A stretch of 64,000 bases of DNA from Candidatus Bathyarchaeia archaeon (GCA_049512075.1 JBEKXL010000005.1:32001-96000), one strand, 5' to 3'; shown: positions 30,312-40,837, counted from the first letter of the stretch. A program made the numbers and translations. The notes: generated from the letters alone by a model not told the origin.

Positions 30312-31274
30312 TCAGGTTTCTTGCGCGTACTTGGGATCGGAGGTCTCATGCGAGTTTTCAACGAGTTCTCGCAGGTATATCTTGTTTTTCCCCCAGAGAC
30401 CTCCTTGGTTGAAGCTGCTTATTCCTGTTATTCCTTGTATTCTTGTGATCGTGTCCAAGGAGACTCTCAAGCCCTTTTTCACGGTTTCCAGGTCTAGACT
30501 CCAGACCAGATACTCAATAACAGTGTTGACTCCTAGAGGAACTCTAGTTTCCGCGATCCTGTTACGGATAGTCGGGCACAAGAAAGTCGTGCTTGTCGCT
30601 TTTTCGTTTGTGTAATTAACGCCTCCAATTTTCGCTCCATTCAAACCTCCAAACGGGTGCATCACAAAGGCTCCATCAACCTCATCTTGAACCCTCTCGG
30701 CTGCGGCTCTGGTTGCCAATAGAGCGCAAGAAATGTCCTGACAGAAGAGTTCAAACGCACCATCAAAACTTGTGGTTAATCCAAAGGATTTCTCGACTAT
30801 CGATTCGCCACTCATCACTGGAATGCGGTATATTTTTCTTCCTTCGAGCTGGTCTTCCGTCTCGTAGCCGTCGCCCCAGCGCCTGACCGTTTCGCCCGAG
30901 TTCGTTGTAGCAAGTGTTTTTCTTTTCGGGACTGCGTTGAAAACTGCAACTGTAGGCATGTGTGGAGTTTGGCAGAGCATGTTGGTGAATGCGTCTTCAA
31001 ACATTTTCCTTCCGTCTTCAGTTTCAATGCTCATGCTTCTATTTCCTCGCAGAAGGACAAGGAAGCCTGGTCTCCTATCAGGGGTTTTCGTTGGCGATAC
31101 AGAGTTGCCCAGAAAGCCTTCGATCGGCGAGAAGGTTATGATTCCCCTGCACAGTCGTTGAGCGTTGGCCAGCGCAGCTTCTCTTGTGAGGCTGGTTACG
31201 AGGATTTCGGAGGATATTATTTCGCTGGATTCTATGTAAGTGTCTTCGATGTCCACGCCATTGATCTTCAGCAT
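30312..31274 (-). CDS. Formylmethanofuran:H4MPT formyltransferase (Ftr)-like protein, divergent
   Basis: KINGVDIEDTY, TPDRRPG, PTVAVFN, WGDGYE, RIPVMSGE, CPT, NQGGLWG..IYL. Confidence 0.85.
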   Translation of the reverse strand: MLKINGVDIEDTYIESSEIISSEILVTSLTREAALANAQRLCRGIITFSPIEGFLGNSVSPTKTPDRRPGFLVLLRGNRSMSIETEDGRKMFEDAFTNMLCQTPHMPTVAVFNAVPKRKTLATTNSGETVRRWGDGYETEDQLEGRKIYRIPVMSGESIVEKSFGLTTSFDGAFELFCQDISCALLATRAAAERVQDEVDGAFVMHPFGGLNGAKIGGVNYTNEKATSTTFLCPTIRNRIAETRVPLGVNTVIEYLVWSLDLETVKKGLRVSLDTITRIQGITGISSFNQGGLWGKNKIYLRELVENSHETSDPKYAQET

Positions 31275-31309
31275 CAGATTGCAGGTCCGTGGTGGTTGGT
31301 GCTCACGTT

Positions 31310-32383
31310 TTACCAAGGATTGCTCATGAGTCTTCCAATAATGTCTTTGTGAACTCTGCCAGCCTTGTGCATCCTTCCTGTCCTAGTGTCGCTTATAGCG
31401 AACTCTCCAATTATGAAACCAAGTCCTTCTTTGGCGAGCTTGTGCAAATCCAACGTCGGATCGATGTACTTCTTTTCTTCCACTGCCATGTGATAGAATG
31501 ATGTGCCGAAGGTGTTCGGATAGTTCTCTATTACTGATTCCTTAACCATCGTCCCGAAATCCTCTCCTTCTTCTGAACGAACCCAACAGTGAACTGTACC
31601 GCCATATCTGATCATGTCATCGGGCCAGCTGCAAGGTTGCTGCAGAGCTTTCGGCGAAACCGGCGAAATCGGTGTGGTTCCCATAACGTTCTCTATGCGA
31701 CGATAAGGAATCTTGTAATATTCAGTGAGTCGCCAGAACATGTCTTCCACACCCCGCGAGGAGGTTTGAGTGGTTCCCGTTATGCTGTCTGTGGGAATGA
31801 CAACCAAGTATAGATTTTTCGGGTCGATTCTGCACCTCTTTGCGATGATTTTTGAGAATTCTTCATCTGGAAGACCGTCCATGCGTGAACGTGTTTGGAC
31901 CAAGAGGACCGCGTTGTCAGGGTGAGGATCTTCGTAGGGCCATTTCTCAAATATCTTGGCTGGTTCTTGAGCTATAGCCTTCGCCGGTCCTGATATCCAG
32001 GCTGTGAACTTTTTGGTTCCAACGTGCGGTGGCGGGATCACCCCGACCCACACGTACATGGAAAGGGCTATGAAGGGTGGAAAATCTGTGTAGTGGATGA
32101 GAACAGGTAGAGTCAGGTCATCGTACGTGACAGCGGTCACTTGCGCTTCTCCGAACCCCCCGAAGGCGATTTTTGTGGTCAGCTCTCCGGCTTTGTAGCC
32201 TCCAGACACGTTTACGCCGCAGTCCAGTATTGTTGTTCCGTTCTTTAGTTCCTCTACAGCGACGTTCAATCTATCGCTGTTCTTGATCATTTCCTTCACG
32301 ATATCAAGTGAGCGTTGATTTATGCTCACTTTTTCCCAGCGTTTCAGCATCTTTTCCATGAAGCTCATTTTCCAAATCTCCAT
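31310..32383 (-). CDS. Mch-like paralog 3, divergent
   Basis: SINQ, ILDCGVNVSGG, TDFP, ISGPAKAIA, SITGTTQTSSRGVE, YGG. Confidence 0.82.
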   Translation of the reverse strand: MEIWKMSFMEKMLKRWEKVSINQRSLDIVKEMIKNSDRLNVAVEELKNGTTILDCGVNVSGGYKAGELTTKIAFGGFGEAQVTAVTYDDLTLPVLIHYTDFPPFIALSMYVWVGVIPPPHVGTKKFTAWISGPAKAIAQEPAKIFEKWPYEDPHPDNAVLLVQTRSRMDGLPDEEFSKIIAKRCRIDPKNLYLVVIPTDSITGTTQTSSRGVEDMFWRLTEYYKIPYRRIENVMGTTPISPVSPKALQQPCSWPDDMIRYGGTVHCWVRSEEGEDFGTMVKESVIENYPNTFGTSFYHMAVEEKKYIDPTLDLHKLAKEGLGFIIGEFAISDTRTGRMHKAGRVHKDIIGRLMSNPW

Positions 32384-32550
32384 AATCTCGAAGAGGACTA
32401 ATCACATAGCCCTATTTTAAAAGCTTATCCTCCGTTCCACGGTTTTGAAGTTAGCGAATGCCAGGCATCTACGGGTCAGCTTGACTGGTGCGCAAAGAAT
32501 AAAAGATGTGCCAAATGAAGATATTCTCTAAGATGCTAGAAGGAAACGGC

Positions 32551-33897
32551 ATGGCCAGCATACTGATCAAGAACGCAATCATCGTGACGATGGATGAACA
32601 AAGAACTATTCTCAAAGATGGTGCACTGGCGATAGAAGACGACAAAATCGTTGCAGTAGGCAACAGCAAGGAACTCACAAGACAATATTCTTCAGACGTC
32701 ATAATAGACGCCAAAGGAAAAGCTGCCATGCCGGGTTTCGTAAACACTCACAGTCACCTATACCAGAACCTGCTTAAGGGAATGAGAGACGACCTTCCGC
32801 TAGTGAACTGGATCTACGACGTGACGATGCCTCTGATCAAAGAGGAGTTCCAGAGCTCGTTGAAGGGAAACTTTGAAATCGGCTACCATGCAGCAATGCT
32901 CGGATGCCTCGAAGCGCTTCGGTCTGGAACTACCTGCATCGTTGACATGAACTTGCGTAACCCCAAAGTGCCAGAAGCATTCAAACAGACCGGCATTCGA
33001 GGAGTATACGCGATGAGCTTAGCGGACCAGTGGGTTCCTCCTGAAGTTTTGCTTCCCAGAGATCAGATGATGCAGATGTTCAACCAAATTGCCAGTCGGT
33101 GGCACGGAGCTGAGAATGGCCGAATACTGTGCATGTACGGCCCCTCAACGCCCTTCATCTGTTCAAAAGAACTGTTGCAGGAAATAAGGGAACTGGCAGA
33201 CAAAAACGGAATGCACATTCACATACACGTTTCAGAGACGAAATACGAACGCGATCTGGTCACGAAAGAAACTGGTAAGCGACCCGTGGAATATCTTTAC
33301 GGCCTAGGCTTTCTAGGAAACGATGTTTCCGCCGTCCACTGCGTTTGGGTTTCCAATCGAGAGATCAATCTTTTGAAAAAAACTCGCACCAACGTCTCAC
33401 ACAATCCTGAGAGTAACATGAAGCTAGCATCAGGAGTTGCTCCCATTCCGGAAATGCTGAAAAAAGGTATAACAGTTTCCCTGGGCACCGATGGGTGTGC
33501 AAGCAACGACAATTTGGACATGTTTGAAGCTATGAGAGCGGCGGCTTTTCTGCACAAAGTCTCAAGTCTAGACGCTTCAGTCATGTCTTCCTATGACGTG
33601 CTAAAGATGGCGACCATTGAAGGCGCTAGGACAATTGGTCTTGAAAACCAGATAGGATCGTTGGAAGTAGATAAGAAGGCGGATGTGATCTTGGTTGATT
33701 TGGAAAAGCCTCATCTGAGACCGCTCAACAACATAGTCGGCACTTTGGTTTACTGCGCCAACGGAGGAGATGTTGAAACAGTCATCGTGGACGGCAGAAT
33801 CGTCGTGCAAGAAGACACTGTCCGGACAGTGAACGAGAAGAACGTCATTGAGCAGGCAGAAGAGAAAGTTAAAGAACGTTTCGAGTTTCAGACTTAA
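32551..33897 (+). CDS. Amidohydrolase, MTA/SAH or nucleobase deaminase family
   Basis: PGFVNTHSH, HIHVSET, AVHCVW, HNPESNMKLASG, GTDGCASNDNLDMF. Confidence 0.9.
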   Translation: MASILIKNAIIVTMDEQRTILKDGALAIEDDKIVAVGNSKELTRQYSSDVIIDAKGKAAMPGFVNTHSHLYQNLLKGMRDDLPLVNWIYDVTMPLIKEEFQSSLKGNFEIGYHAAMLGCLEALRSGTTCIVDMNLRNPKVPEAFKQTGIRGVYAMSLADQWVPPEVLLPRDQMMQMFNQIASRWHGAENGRILCMYGPSTPFICSKELLQEIRELADKNGMHIHIHVSETKYERDLVTKETGKRPVEYLYGLGFLGNDVSAVHCVWVSNREINLLKKTRTNVSHNPESNMKLASGVAPIPEMLKKGITVSLGTDGCASNDNLDMFEAMRAAAFLHKVSSLDASVMSSYDVLKMATIEGARTIGLENQIGSLEVDKKADVILVDLEKPHLRPLNNIVGTLVYCANGGDVETVIVDGRIVVQEDTVRTVNEKNVIEQAEEKVKERFEFQT

Positions 33898-34321
33898 ATT
33901 CGGTTTGTCTTTCCGTGATTTTGCTGGGCGCGCAGCAGGCGCGCGCGAACATTTCATGGAAAACCATGATTCTCTCTTCCCCACCAAAATTCGTAAAAAA
34001 GCAAGTGGTGTCAAGATTAAACCTTGTATGCGCGCTAAGTCGGCAGATTTTGGGATAGAGGGAAAGATGCAAGCGCGCGCTAATAAGACGGGAATTTTGG
34101 AAAGACTGACCCAACGTCATTTCCGTTCAAAAGGCAAGTTTTGACCGTCAACGTAAGCTTCGTTTGCTTATTCTGGTGTTTCTTTTGGGAGGCTTGGGTT
34201 TTATTTATGAAAAATCAATTCGCTGCATCGATATTCTTTTAAACAGTTTCGTTGGCCAGCTCACAGCAAGTATTATATCGACGCATATGCAACAACGTAA
34301 GCAAGGAGGAGAAAATTAGAA

Positions 34322-35626
34322 ATGCAAAGAAAATACATGTACTCAATCGTCGGCATCGTCATCATACTTATCGCAGCAGTTGCGGTCTACTGGGTTTGGC
34401 AAAACCAGACATCAGGAGTCACACTTGAGTTTTGGGCTCCATTCGCAGGAGAACCGTCTGTCGACAACTTCTGGGGCAACGTGAGCGCAGCATACAAGAA
34501 TGCAACTGGAGTTACCGTTCAAGTCTCGATGTATACAGGTGATGAGTTCTTCACAAAGATAACAACGGCGCTTGGATCCGGCGCTCCGCCCGACCTATTC
34601 TCAACATACGGCGGAGGAGAACTTGACACATACGTCAACGAAAGCGCAGTAGCAGACATATCTGCCTTGTACAGCGAGAGCTGGGCTCAGACGCAAATCC
34701 CCGCTAACGCAAAAGCCACAGAAACCAGAAACGGCCTTCAATATGCGATTCCGTACGAACTGCAAACCGATTGGCTATTCATTAATCAGGCACTATTTAA
34801 CAAGTATAACGTTACAATTCCGTCTATCGGCACTGGGTGGACATGGGATCAATTCCAGAACGCTTGCAATACGTTCAAAGCAAACGGCATCGTCCCAGTT
34901 GCCATGAGTGGCGCAGACACATGGTCATTAACTTTCCCAGAATGCTACATATTCGAGCGTGCAAATGGACCTGACGCCTTTGGGCAAGCCCTCACGCGTC
35001 AAACAAACTTCACGAACTACTACCAGAACGCGTTCTCGAAAATACAGCAATGGGTGAACAGTAGCGACTTTCAAGCAGGCTGGACAACGGCCCACTATGA
35101 TGTAGATGCGTTGCCGCTGTTTCAAAATGGACAGGCGGCAATGTGGGTCCAAGGCACATGGGGCGTTGGAATGGTTCAGGATAACTCTTCGATACCGTTC
35201 CAGTTGGGTGTGGTGCAGTGGCCCTACTTCGCAGATCACCCTGAAGCAAACAAGTATATCTTTGGCGAATACACCAGCATCGCAGTTGCAAATGCAAGCA
35301 AACAAAAGTCAACAGCAGAAGACTTCCTGAGATTCATATCACAACCACAATGGATAATAAGCTACGCTCAGCAGACGTACAATCCAGTCGCTCAGAACGT
35401 AGCTCTACCCGCAAACACGTACCCAGCAGTTATGACGACGATTCAGACGGCCGTCAACAATGGCCCAGGGCTCATCGTAAGATATGGAAGCCAAGCACCC
35501 TCAGCATTAGCGAGCACGCTGGACACGCAAAACCTACTCGTGTTCACAGGTCAAGCAACACCGTTAGCCGCAGCTCAAGCTGACGAAGCCCAGGCAGTCA
35601 GTGTAATCGGACCTGTTCACGGATAG
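34322..35626 (+). CDS. ABC transporter extracellular solute-binding protein (carbohydrate/nucleoside class)
   Basis: N-terminal TM anchor, PDLF, YAIP, WTWDQF, FQNGQAAM..GTW. Confidence 0.88.
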   Translation: MQRKYMYSIVGIVIILIAAVAVYWVWQNQTSGVTLEFWAPFAGEPSVDNFWGNVSAAYKNATGVTVQVSMYTGDEFFTKITTALGSGAPPDLFSTYGGGELDTYVNESAVADISALYSESWAQTQIPANAKATETRNGLQYAIPYELQTDWLFINQALFNKYNVTIPSIGTGWTWDQFQNACNTFKANGIVPVAMSGADTWSLTFPECYIFERANGPDAFGQALTRQTNFTNYYQNAFSKIQQWVNSSDFQAGWTTAHYDVDALPLFQNGQAAMWVQGTWGVGMVQDNSSIPFQLGVVQWPYFADHPEANKYIFGEYTSIAVANASKQKSTAEDFLRFISQPQWIISYAQQTYNPVAQNVALPANTYPAVMTTIQTAVNNGPGLIVRYGSQAPSALASTLDTQNLLVFTGQATPLAAAQADEAQAVSVIGPVHG

Positions 35627-35649
35627 GATCACTCAAGGCACAGATAACG

Positions 35650-36675
35650 ATGGTGAAGCTTCGTATTCCTGCTGAATTAAAGAGAAGCATGGCCCCCCTT
35701 AAGGCTCAGCTTAGAAAAAGCAGAACTTTGTACACGACGCTGGCCCTTCCTAAGAAAAGCACACGCACGCCGGTGGCACTAGTCAAGGCGGGCATAAAGA
35801 AAAACTGGACGCTATACGTGCTACTGGGTCCTGCGCTTTTCATCTACATTCTTTTTTTCATTTATCCTGTGATAAATGGATTATCTTTCGGGTTTTACAG
35901 ATACTCGGGCGTTTCTCAAGTCAAGTATTTCATAGGTTTCAAAAACTATGTTGACATCGCCACTGATCCTCAGTTCCAGCTTGCTTTGTACAACACTGTC
36001 ACTATAACGGCAGCCAATTCCGTTGCACAGTTCTTGTTGGGATTCAGCCTCGCATGGTTGGCACGAAAATACGGCAGGGTCGGAAATGTCTTTCTTTCAG
36101 TGGCCCTCATTCCCATAGTGTTATCGTTCGTATCGGTAGGCCTTATGTGGCAATGGATCTACAACGCTCAGTATGGACTCTTGAATTCTCTTATTGCGTT
36201 CTTTCGCATAAACAGTGCACTGAACTTTCTCAGCCTGCCCACAATTCCAACATCTTTAACCTCTACCGCGCCTCTGCTGGCAATACTCTTGGCAGCAAAC
36301 TGGCAAGGAATAGGATTGTATGCAGTCATCTATTCTGCAGGTCTACGGGCCATCTCCCCATCAATATACGACTCGATGAGGGTGGACGGACTATCTGACA
36401 CCCAGAAGATCAGACGAGTGATCTGGCCGATGATGAAGGACACGATTGCACTTGCGCTCGTCCTCGTAATGTCATCATCATTCAAAATCTTCGATTTAGT
36501 CTGGGTGTTGACAGGGGGAGGACCAGGTCGCCTCTCCGACGTCATCTCAACATATCTTTATAGGTACGTTGGATCTTTCCAAGCCGGATACGCTTCGGCG
36601 GTCGCGTTCTATATACTACTGATAGGCGTTGCGCTCATTATCCTTCAATCCAGATTTATTCGGACGGAGAAGTGA
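35650..36675 (+). CDS. Sugar ABC transporter permease 1
   Basis: FIGFKNY, W.WIYN..GLLN, EAA-like loop YDSMRVDG, FDLVWVLTGGGP. Confidence 0.92.
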   Translation: MVKLRIPAELKRSMAPLKAQLRKSRTLYTTLALPKKSTRTPVALVKAGIKKNWTLYVLLGPALFIYILFFIYPVINGLSFGFYRYSGVSQVKYFIGFKNYVDIATDPQFQLALYNTVTITAANSVAQFLLGFSLAWLARKYGRVGNVFLSVALIPIVLSFVSVGLMWQWIYNAQYGLLNSLIAFFRINSALNFLSLPTIPTSLTSTAPLLAILLAANWQGIGLYAVIYSAGLRAISPSIYDSMRVDGLSDTQKIRRVIWPMMKDTIALALVLVMSSSFKIFDLVWVLTGGGPGRLSDVISTYLYRYVGSFQAGYASAVAFYILLIGVALIILQSRFIRTEK

Positions 36676-36682
36676 TTTAGCC

Positions 36683-37537
36683 ATGAGTTCAGAATATGGC
36701 CGGGGAAATTCGCTCAGAAAACGGTTTACCCTCGTTGTCGGCTTCGCTGTCTTGATACTCTGGTCGATTTTAGCGATATATCCTCTGATATGGACTGCTC
36801 TAACTTCTCTCAAGACGAATTCAGAAATCTTTACCAACATATGGGGCCCCCCAATTAGTCCTCAGTGGCAAAACTACGCCAAGGCTTGGACAACAGGCAA
36901 TATGGGAACCGCCTTCATAAACTCCATGATAGTCACTGGGCTTACTATACTTGTACTATTTTTGATTTCTCCGATGGCAGCATACGCCTTAGGCAGAGCA
37001 GAACATCGACTCAAAGGGCCAATACTGTACTTTTTGCTTGCTGGCATGTACATTGCCCCTCAGGTCTCAATCGTGCCCCTCGCAGTTCTGCTCCAGAATT
37101 TTGGCTTGATGAACTCATTATTTGGCCTAGTACTGGTTTACGTTGCCTCAGGTCTTCCATACTCAGTTTTCATATCTAGACTGGGGTTCTTAACCATCCC
37201 TTCATCATTGGAAGACGCGGCTAAAGTGGACGGTCTATCGACTTTCCAGACCTATTTGAGAGTGACACTGCCACTTGCGATGCCAACAGTCCTAATAGCC
37301 ATGATTCTGGAAGCCATATTCGTGTGGAACGATTTCTTGTACCCACTCGTCTTCATCACTTCACGTAATTTCAACACCTTACAGCTGGCTCTTTTCGATT
37401 TCCAGGGCAGGTTACCCCAATATGGCCCCCTGTTTGCAGGAATACTGATTTCGACTATACCCCTACTGATACTCTACATCATTTTCTCCGAAAGAATCAA
37501 GAAAGGAGTAGCCGCAGGAATAGGCGTAAAAACATAG
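36683..37537 (+). CDS. Sugar ABC transporter permease 2
   Basis: TSLKT, NS, AAYAL, LEDAAKVDG, WNDFLYP. Confidence 0.92.
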   Translation: MSSEYGRGNSLRKRFTLVVGFAVLILWSILAIYPLIWTALTSLKTNSEIFTNIWGPPISPQWQNYAKAWTTGNMGTAFINSMIVTGLTILVLFLISPMAAYALGRAEHRLKGPILYFLLAGMYIAPQVSIVPLAVLLQNFGLMNSLFGLVLVYVASGLPYSVFISRLGFLTIPSSLEDAAKVDGLSTFQTYLRVTLPLAMPTVLIAMILEAIFVWNDFLYPLVFITSRNFNTLQLALFDFQGRLPQYGPLFAGILISTIPLLILYIIFSERIKKGVAAGIGVKT

Positions 37538-37598
37538 CCCCATTCGGAAAAGGGAATTTGGAAACACGACGACCTCGTGCTGCGTCATGATTTGAGGT

Positions 37599-38600
37599 CT
37601 ACTTCCCAAATACTTTCTTGAATACTCTCACAAAGTTCTCGCCTAGAATGTTTTTTATTTCCGTGTCCGAGTAACCTCTCCCGACCAGGCCTTTGGTGAT
37701 GTTTGGAAAATCCGTTATGGTCTCAATTCCTCTTGGCCAATTGTAGATTCTCTTGTCTATCTTCATGAGGGTCATTCTCGTCGGTGGATACTCTGCCCAC
37801 CCTTCCGCAAAGTCCAACCCTATCCCGACGTGGCTAGCCCCGACAAGCTTAACTATGTAGTCGATGCTGTCGAGTAGGTCGTCGACGGTACATTTGTCTG
37901 GATCCTTGCTTATGAGTCGCGGGAATGCAGTCACGCCGATGACGCCGCCTCTCTCAGCTATCGTTTTTATTTCTTCGTCTGTCTTGTTTTGATATTCGTC
38001 CACGAGTGCTCTGGGGTTCGAGTGCGAAGCTATCACGGGATCTTCTGAGGCTTCCGCGGCTTCCAGGACACTCTTTTTTCCGACATGCGCCAAATCCACA
38101 ACCATTCCCAAGCGGTTCATCTCTTTGACAAGTGAGATCCCGAAAAGACTAAGGCCGGAATCTGTTCGCTCTCCGCCGCCATCAGCCGCAGCATTCCTGA
38201 AATGGTAACTCAACTGGATTATTCTAACTCCCAAGTAATGGTAGAGCTTCAACAGTCTCAGATCATTCTCAAGTGGCTGGATATTCTGAAAGCCCAAAAT
38301 AATAGCAGTCTTTCCCTCCCGTTTTGCCTTGACAATATCTTCTACTGTAGTCGCAAGAACCACAGTTTCGCTCTCTCCAGTTACCATATCTTGCATGTCC
38401 AGAATCCTCTTGACAGTCTCAGACATGTTGTGCATCATAGCGATGGTGTAGTTTGTGGCCGTGACTCCTCCCTTTTGAAGTTTCTTAAAATACTCATCTG
38501 ACATGATTGATGCGTTCAAAGAATCAACTATGACAGCATCTCGATGAATATTCAGAGCTCTCTTCATCTCTTCAGCGCCAAGTTTTCTCACTCTATTCAC
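37599..38600 (-). CDS. Membrane dipeptidase (M19) family protein, atypical metal motifs
   Basis: GVRIIQL, DSGLS.FG, MNRLGMVVDLAH, ASHSN, HVGIGLDF, ILGENF. Confidence 0.85.
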   Translation of the reverse strand: MNRVRKLGAEEMKRALNIHRDAVIVDSLNASIMSDEYFKKLQKGGVTATNYTIAMMHNMSETVKRILDMQDMVTGESETVVLATTVEDIVKAKREGKTAIILGFQNIQPLENDLRLLKLYHYLGVRIIQLSYHFRNAAADGGGERTDSGLSLFGISLVKEMNRLGMVVDLAHVGKKSVLEAAEASEDPVIASHSNPRALVDEYQNKTDEEIKTIAERGGVIGVTAFPRLISKDPDKCTVDDLLDSIDYIVKLVGASHVGIGLDFAEGWAEYPPTRMTLMKIDKRIYNWPRGIETITDFPNITKGLVGRGYSDTEIKNILGENFVRVFKKVFGK

Positions 38601-38789
38601 CTGTAATAAATCAAACGTTCAAGTCAGAGGCTAGACAAAATGCTTTCTGGCTTATAGAACTTGCTGAACAGGGTCTCTGTAAGACTATTGACATGCATTC
38701 TGGCCCGCCCTGGGAAGGCGTAACGTGCAGGTATGCGCGTAGGCTCGCTTTTACCGAAGACTCTACAGAACTCCGAACAGGAATCAGGC

Positions 38790-39593
38790 CTATTGCTTGA
38801 AGTTCCATGTTTCTGTTGAATATTTTTCATTGTGCAGCTTCTCGGCAAGTGCTCCCTCTTCTTCAGTCATCTCGCCATCTGCAAGCCTAATCATAAAGTC
38901 CTTTTCAAAACCTCTTCTGAGCGAATCCTTCACCTCTGCAATAGTTAGCTCTCTGCCGAGTTCGATCGAAAGAGTTGAAACCTCTTTCCTAACGCTGCGC
39001 ACACGGGGTCTTTCAGCTGAGTTCTCGTCAGAATTCAAAACCTCCAAGAGCGTTTTCAAGTCTGAACTGACCAAGATGGAGCAATGATGAAAAACGAACC
39101 CTGATTTCACGGCCCCAGCCCCTCCGGCAATCTTCCGCCCATTTACTTGAATACTGTTTGGGAATTCAAACCTTGCAGGCGCACCGAGTAATCTGAGACC
39201 TTCGATCACCCCCTGCGATAGCCTGGCGAAGGTCTCTCCCAGTTCTGTCCTGATCAAAGGATGAAATCTCCGCACAGAGATTGCGCAATTGAGATTTCCA
39301 AAGTCATGATAAACAGCTCCTCCTCCCGTAAACCTTCTCACAACGGCAACTTTATGCTTATTGCAACGGTCTAGGTTGACTTCCGTATCTGCAGACTGGA
39401 AGTTGCCTACGACAACGGCATTCGGGTTTCTCCAGAAACGTATAGTGTTCGGAGACGCGCCCTTTCCCACATTGGATGGAATGGCTTCTTCCAGGGCCAA
39501 GTTCATATATGGGTTTGGATATTCCACGTCAAGCAGTCGCCAAGTCTCTTCGTACTTCATTGGAGTCAGCAGCTTTGGAACTGTTTCAGCCAT
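38790..39593 (-). CDS. lplA: Lipoate-protein ligase A catalytic domain
   Basis: NLALEE, RRFTGGGAVYHD.GNLN, GRKIAG. Confidence 0.9.
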   Translation of the reverse strand: MAETVPKLLTPMKYEETWRLLDVEYPNPYMNLALEEAIPSNVGKGASPNTIRFWRNPNAVVVGNFQSADTEVNLDRCNKHKVAVVRRFTGGGAVYHDFGNLNCAISVRRFHPLIRTELGETFARLSQGVIEGLRLLGAPARFEFPNSIQVNGRKIAGGAGAVKSGFVFHHCSILVSSDLKTLLEVLNSDENSAERPRVRSVRKEVSTLSIELGRELTIAEVKDSLRRGFEKDFMIRLADGEMTEEEGALAEKLHNEKYSTETWNFKQ

Positions 39594-40797
39594 TCAACGC
39601 TGATGGGTTTTCCAGAATTCGTTTCATCGTCTGCAAAAATCGGGCTGCTTCTGCCCCGTTGATGATTCTGTGATCGTACACGAGGCTCAGGTTGAGTATG
39701 GATCTTGCCTCAATCTTTCCTTTGACAATCGCCGGTCTATCTTCGACAGCCCCTACTCCCAGAATGGCTGCTTGAGGCGGGTTTATTATCGGAATAAAAG
39801 TGTGCACTCCCAGCATGCCCAGGTTGGTCACGGTGAACGTCCCAGCCGACACTTCTTCCATAGAAAGGGTTCGATTTCTCGCTTTTTCGGCAAGTCTTGC
39901 TAAGAGTGCTGCGATTTCAGTGAGCGATTTTTGGTCTGCCCCGCGAATTACTGGGACTATTAGTCCTTCTTCAACATCGACGGCGACTCCTAAGTTAACG
40001 TTTTTGAGAATCTTGATTTCGTGGTCTTCCAGCGTTGAATTCACAATCTTGTGCTCCCTGAGAGCCAACGCTGCTGCTTTAACGATTATGCAGGTGTAAG
40101 TCAGGGAGACTCCTGTTTCCTCTTTGACTTTGACTAGGAGGTCTTTGCGGAAGTTTGAAGCGTCAGTCATGTCAACTTCAGTTACCACCGTAGTGTGCAC
40201 AGCTGAATTGTAGCTTTGAGACAATCGATCGGCTATCGTCTTTCTCGTACCAACTAGCGGAATGATTTCAGCTACCTCAACTCCCTCCTTCGACAGAGAG
40301 GGTGTTGATGGACCGACCGCTTCTTGTTTTCCTAGAGCTTTCAGGACATCTTCTCTGACTATTCGGCCATCCGGACCTGTTCCCGTGATTTTTGTCAGGT
40401 CGACTTTCTGTTCTTCAGCAATTTTCCTAGCCAACGGTGAAATTCTCATCTTCTCGGGAGAGGCCATAGCCTCGGGTGGCTTCACACCTCCTGTTTCGGG
40501 CGCTGCCTCGGAGATTTCGGCCTCAGCTACATCGTTCTGAATCATTGAAACATCTTCATCGGGCTCACCGATTATTCCCAAAAGCCCGGATACTGGAACA
40601 ATCGAGCCCTTTCCGGCTGTAATCTTCAGAAGGACACCGGATGCTGGAGCCTCCAGCTCGGTAGATATTTTTTCAGTCTCTACTTCAAGAAGAGGGTCTC
40701 CTTTCTGGACGCGTTCTCCTTCCTTCTTGAGCCAGTTGACAACAGTTCCATCTTTCATGGTGAGACCGAGCTTAGTCATAATCACTTTGGTTGCCAA
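39586..40797 (-). CDS. 2-oxoacid/acetoin dehydrogenase E2 (dihydrolipoamide acyltransferase)
   Basis: Lipoyl domain EVETEK, E3-binding [31 protein letters not shown]. Confidence 0.92.
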   Translation of the reverse strand: MATKVIMTKLGLTMKDGTVVNWLKKEGERVQKGDPLLEVETEKISTELEAPASGVLLKITAGKGSIVPVSGLLGIIGEPDEDVSMIQNDVAEAEISEAAPETGGVKPPEAMASPEKMRISPLARKIAEEQKVDLTKITGTGPDGRIVREDVLKALGKQEAVGPSTPSLSKEGVEVAEIIPLVGTRKTIADRLSQSYNSAVHTTVVTEVDMTDASNFRKDLLVKVKEETGVSLTYTCIIVKAAALALREHKIVNSTLEDHEIKILKNVNLGVAVDVEEGLIVPVIRGADQKSLTEIAALLARLAEKARNRTLSMEEVSAGTFTVTNLGMLGVHTFIPIINPPQAAILGVGAVEDRPAIVKGKIEARSILNLSLVYDHRIINGAEAARFLQTMKRILENPSALNG

Positions 40798-40837
40798 TTT
40801 CTGTTCTCCTCCAATTTTCAAAGATCATCCTTCGTTT

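Noticed and set aside
19011-32383. Evidence for methanogenesis or a canonical Wood-Ljungdahl methyl branch
   Set aside because: No mcr, mtr, fwd or mtd genes in the window, and the mch/ftr/mer homologs are divergent and in a catabolic context.
38601-38789. Possible structured RNA between lplA and the M19 gene
   Set aside because: Only short imperfect repeats (GAACAGG x2); no recognisable family or convincing fold.
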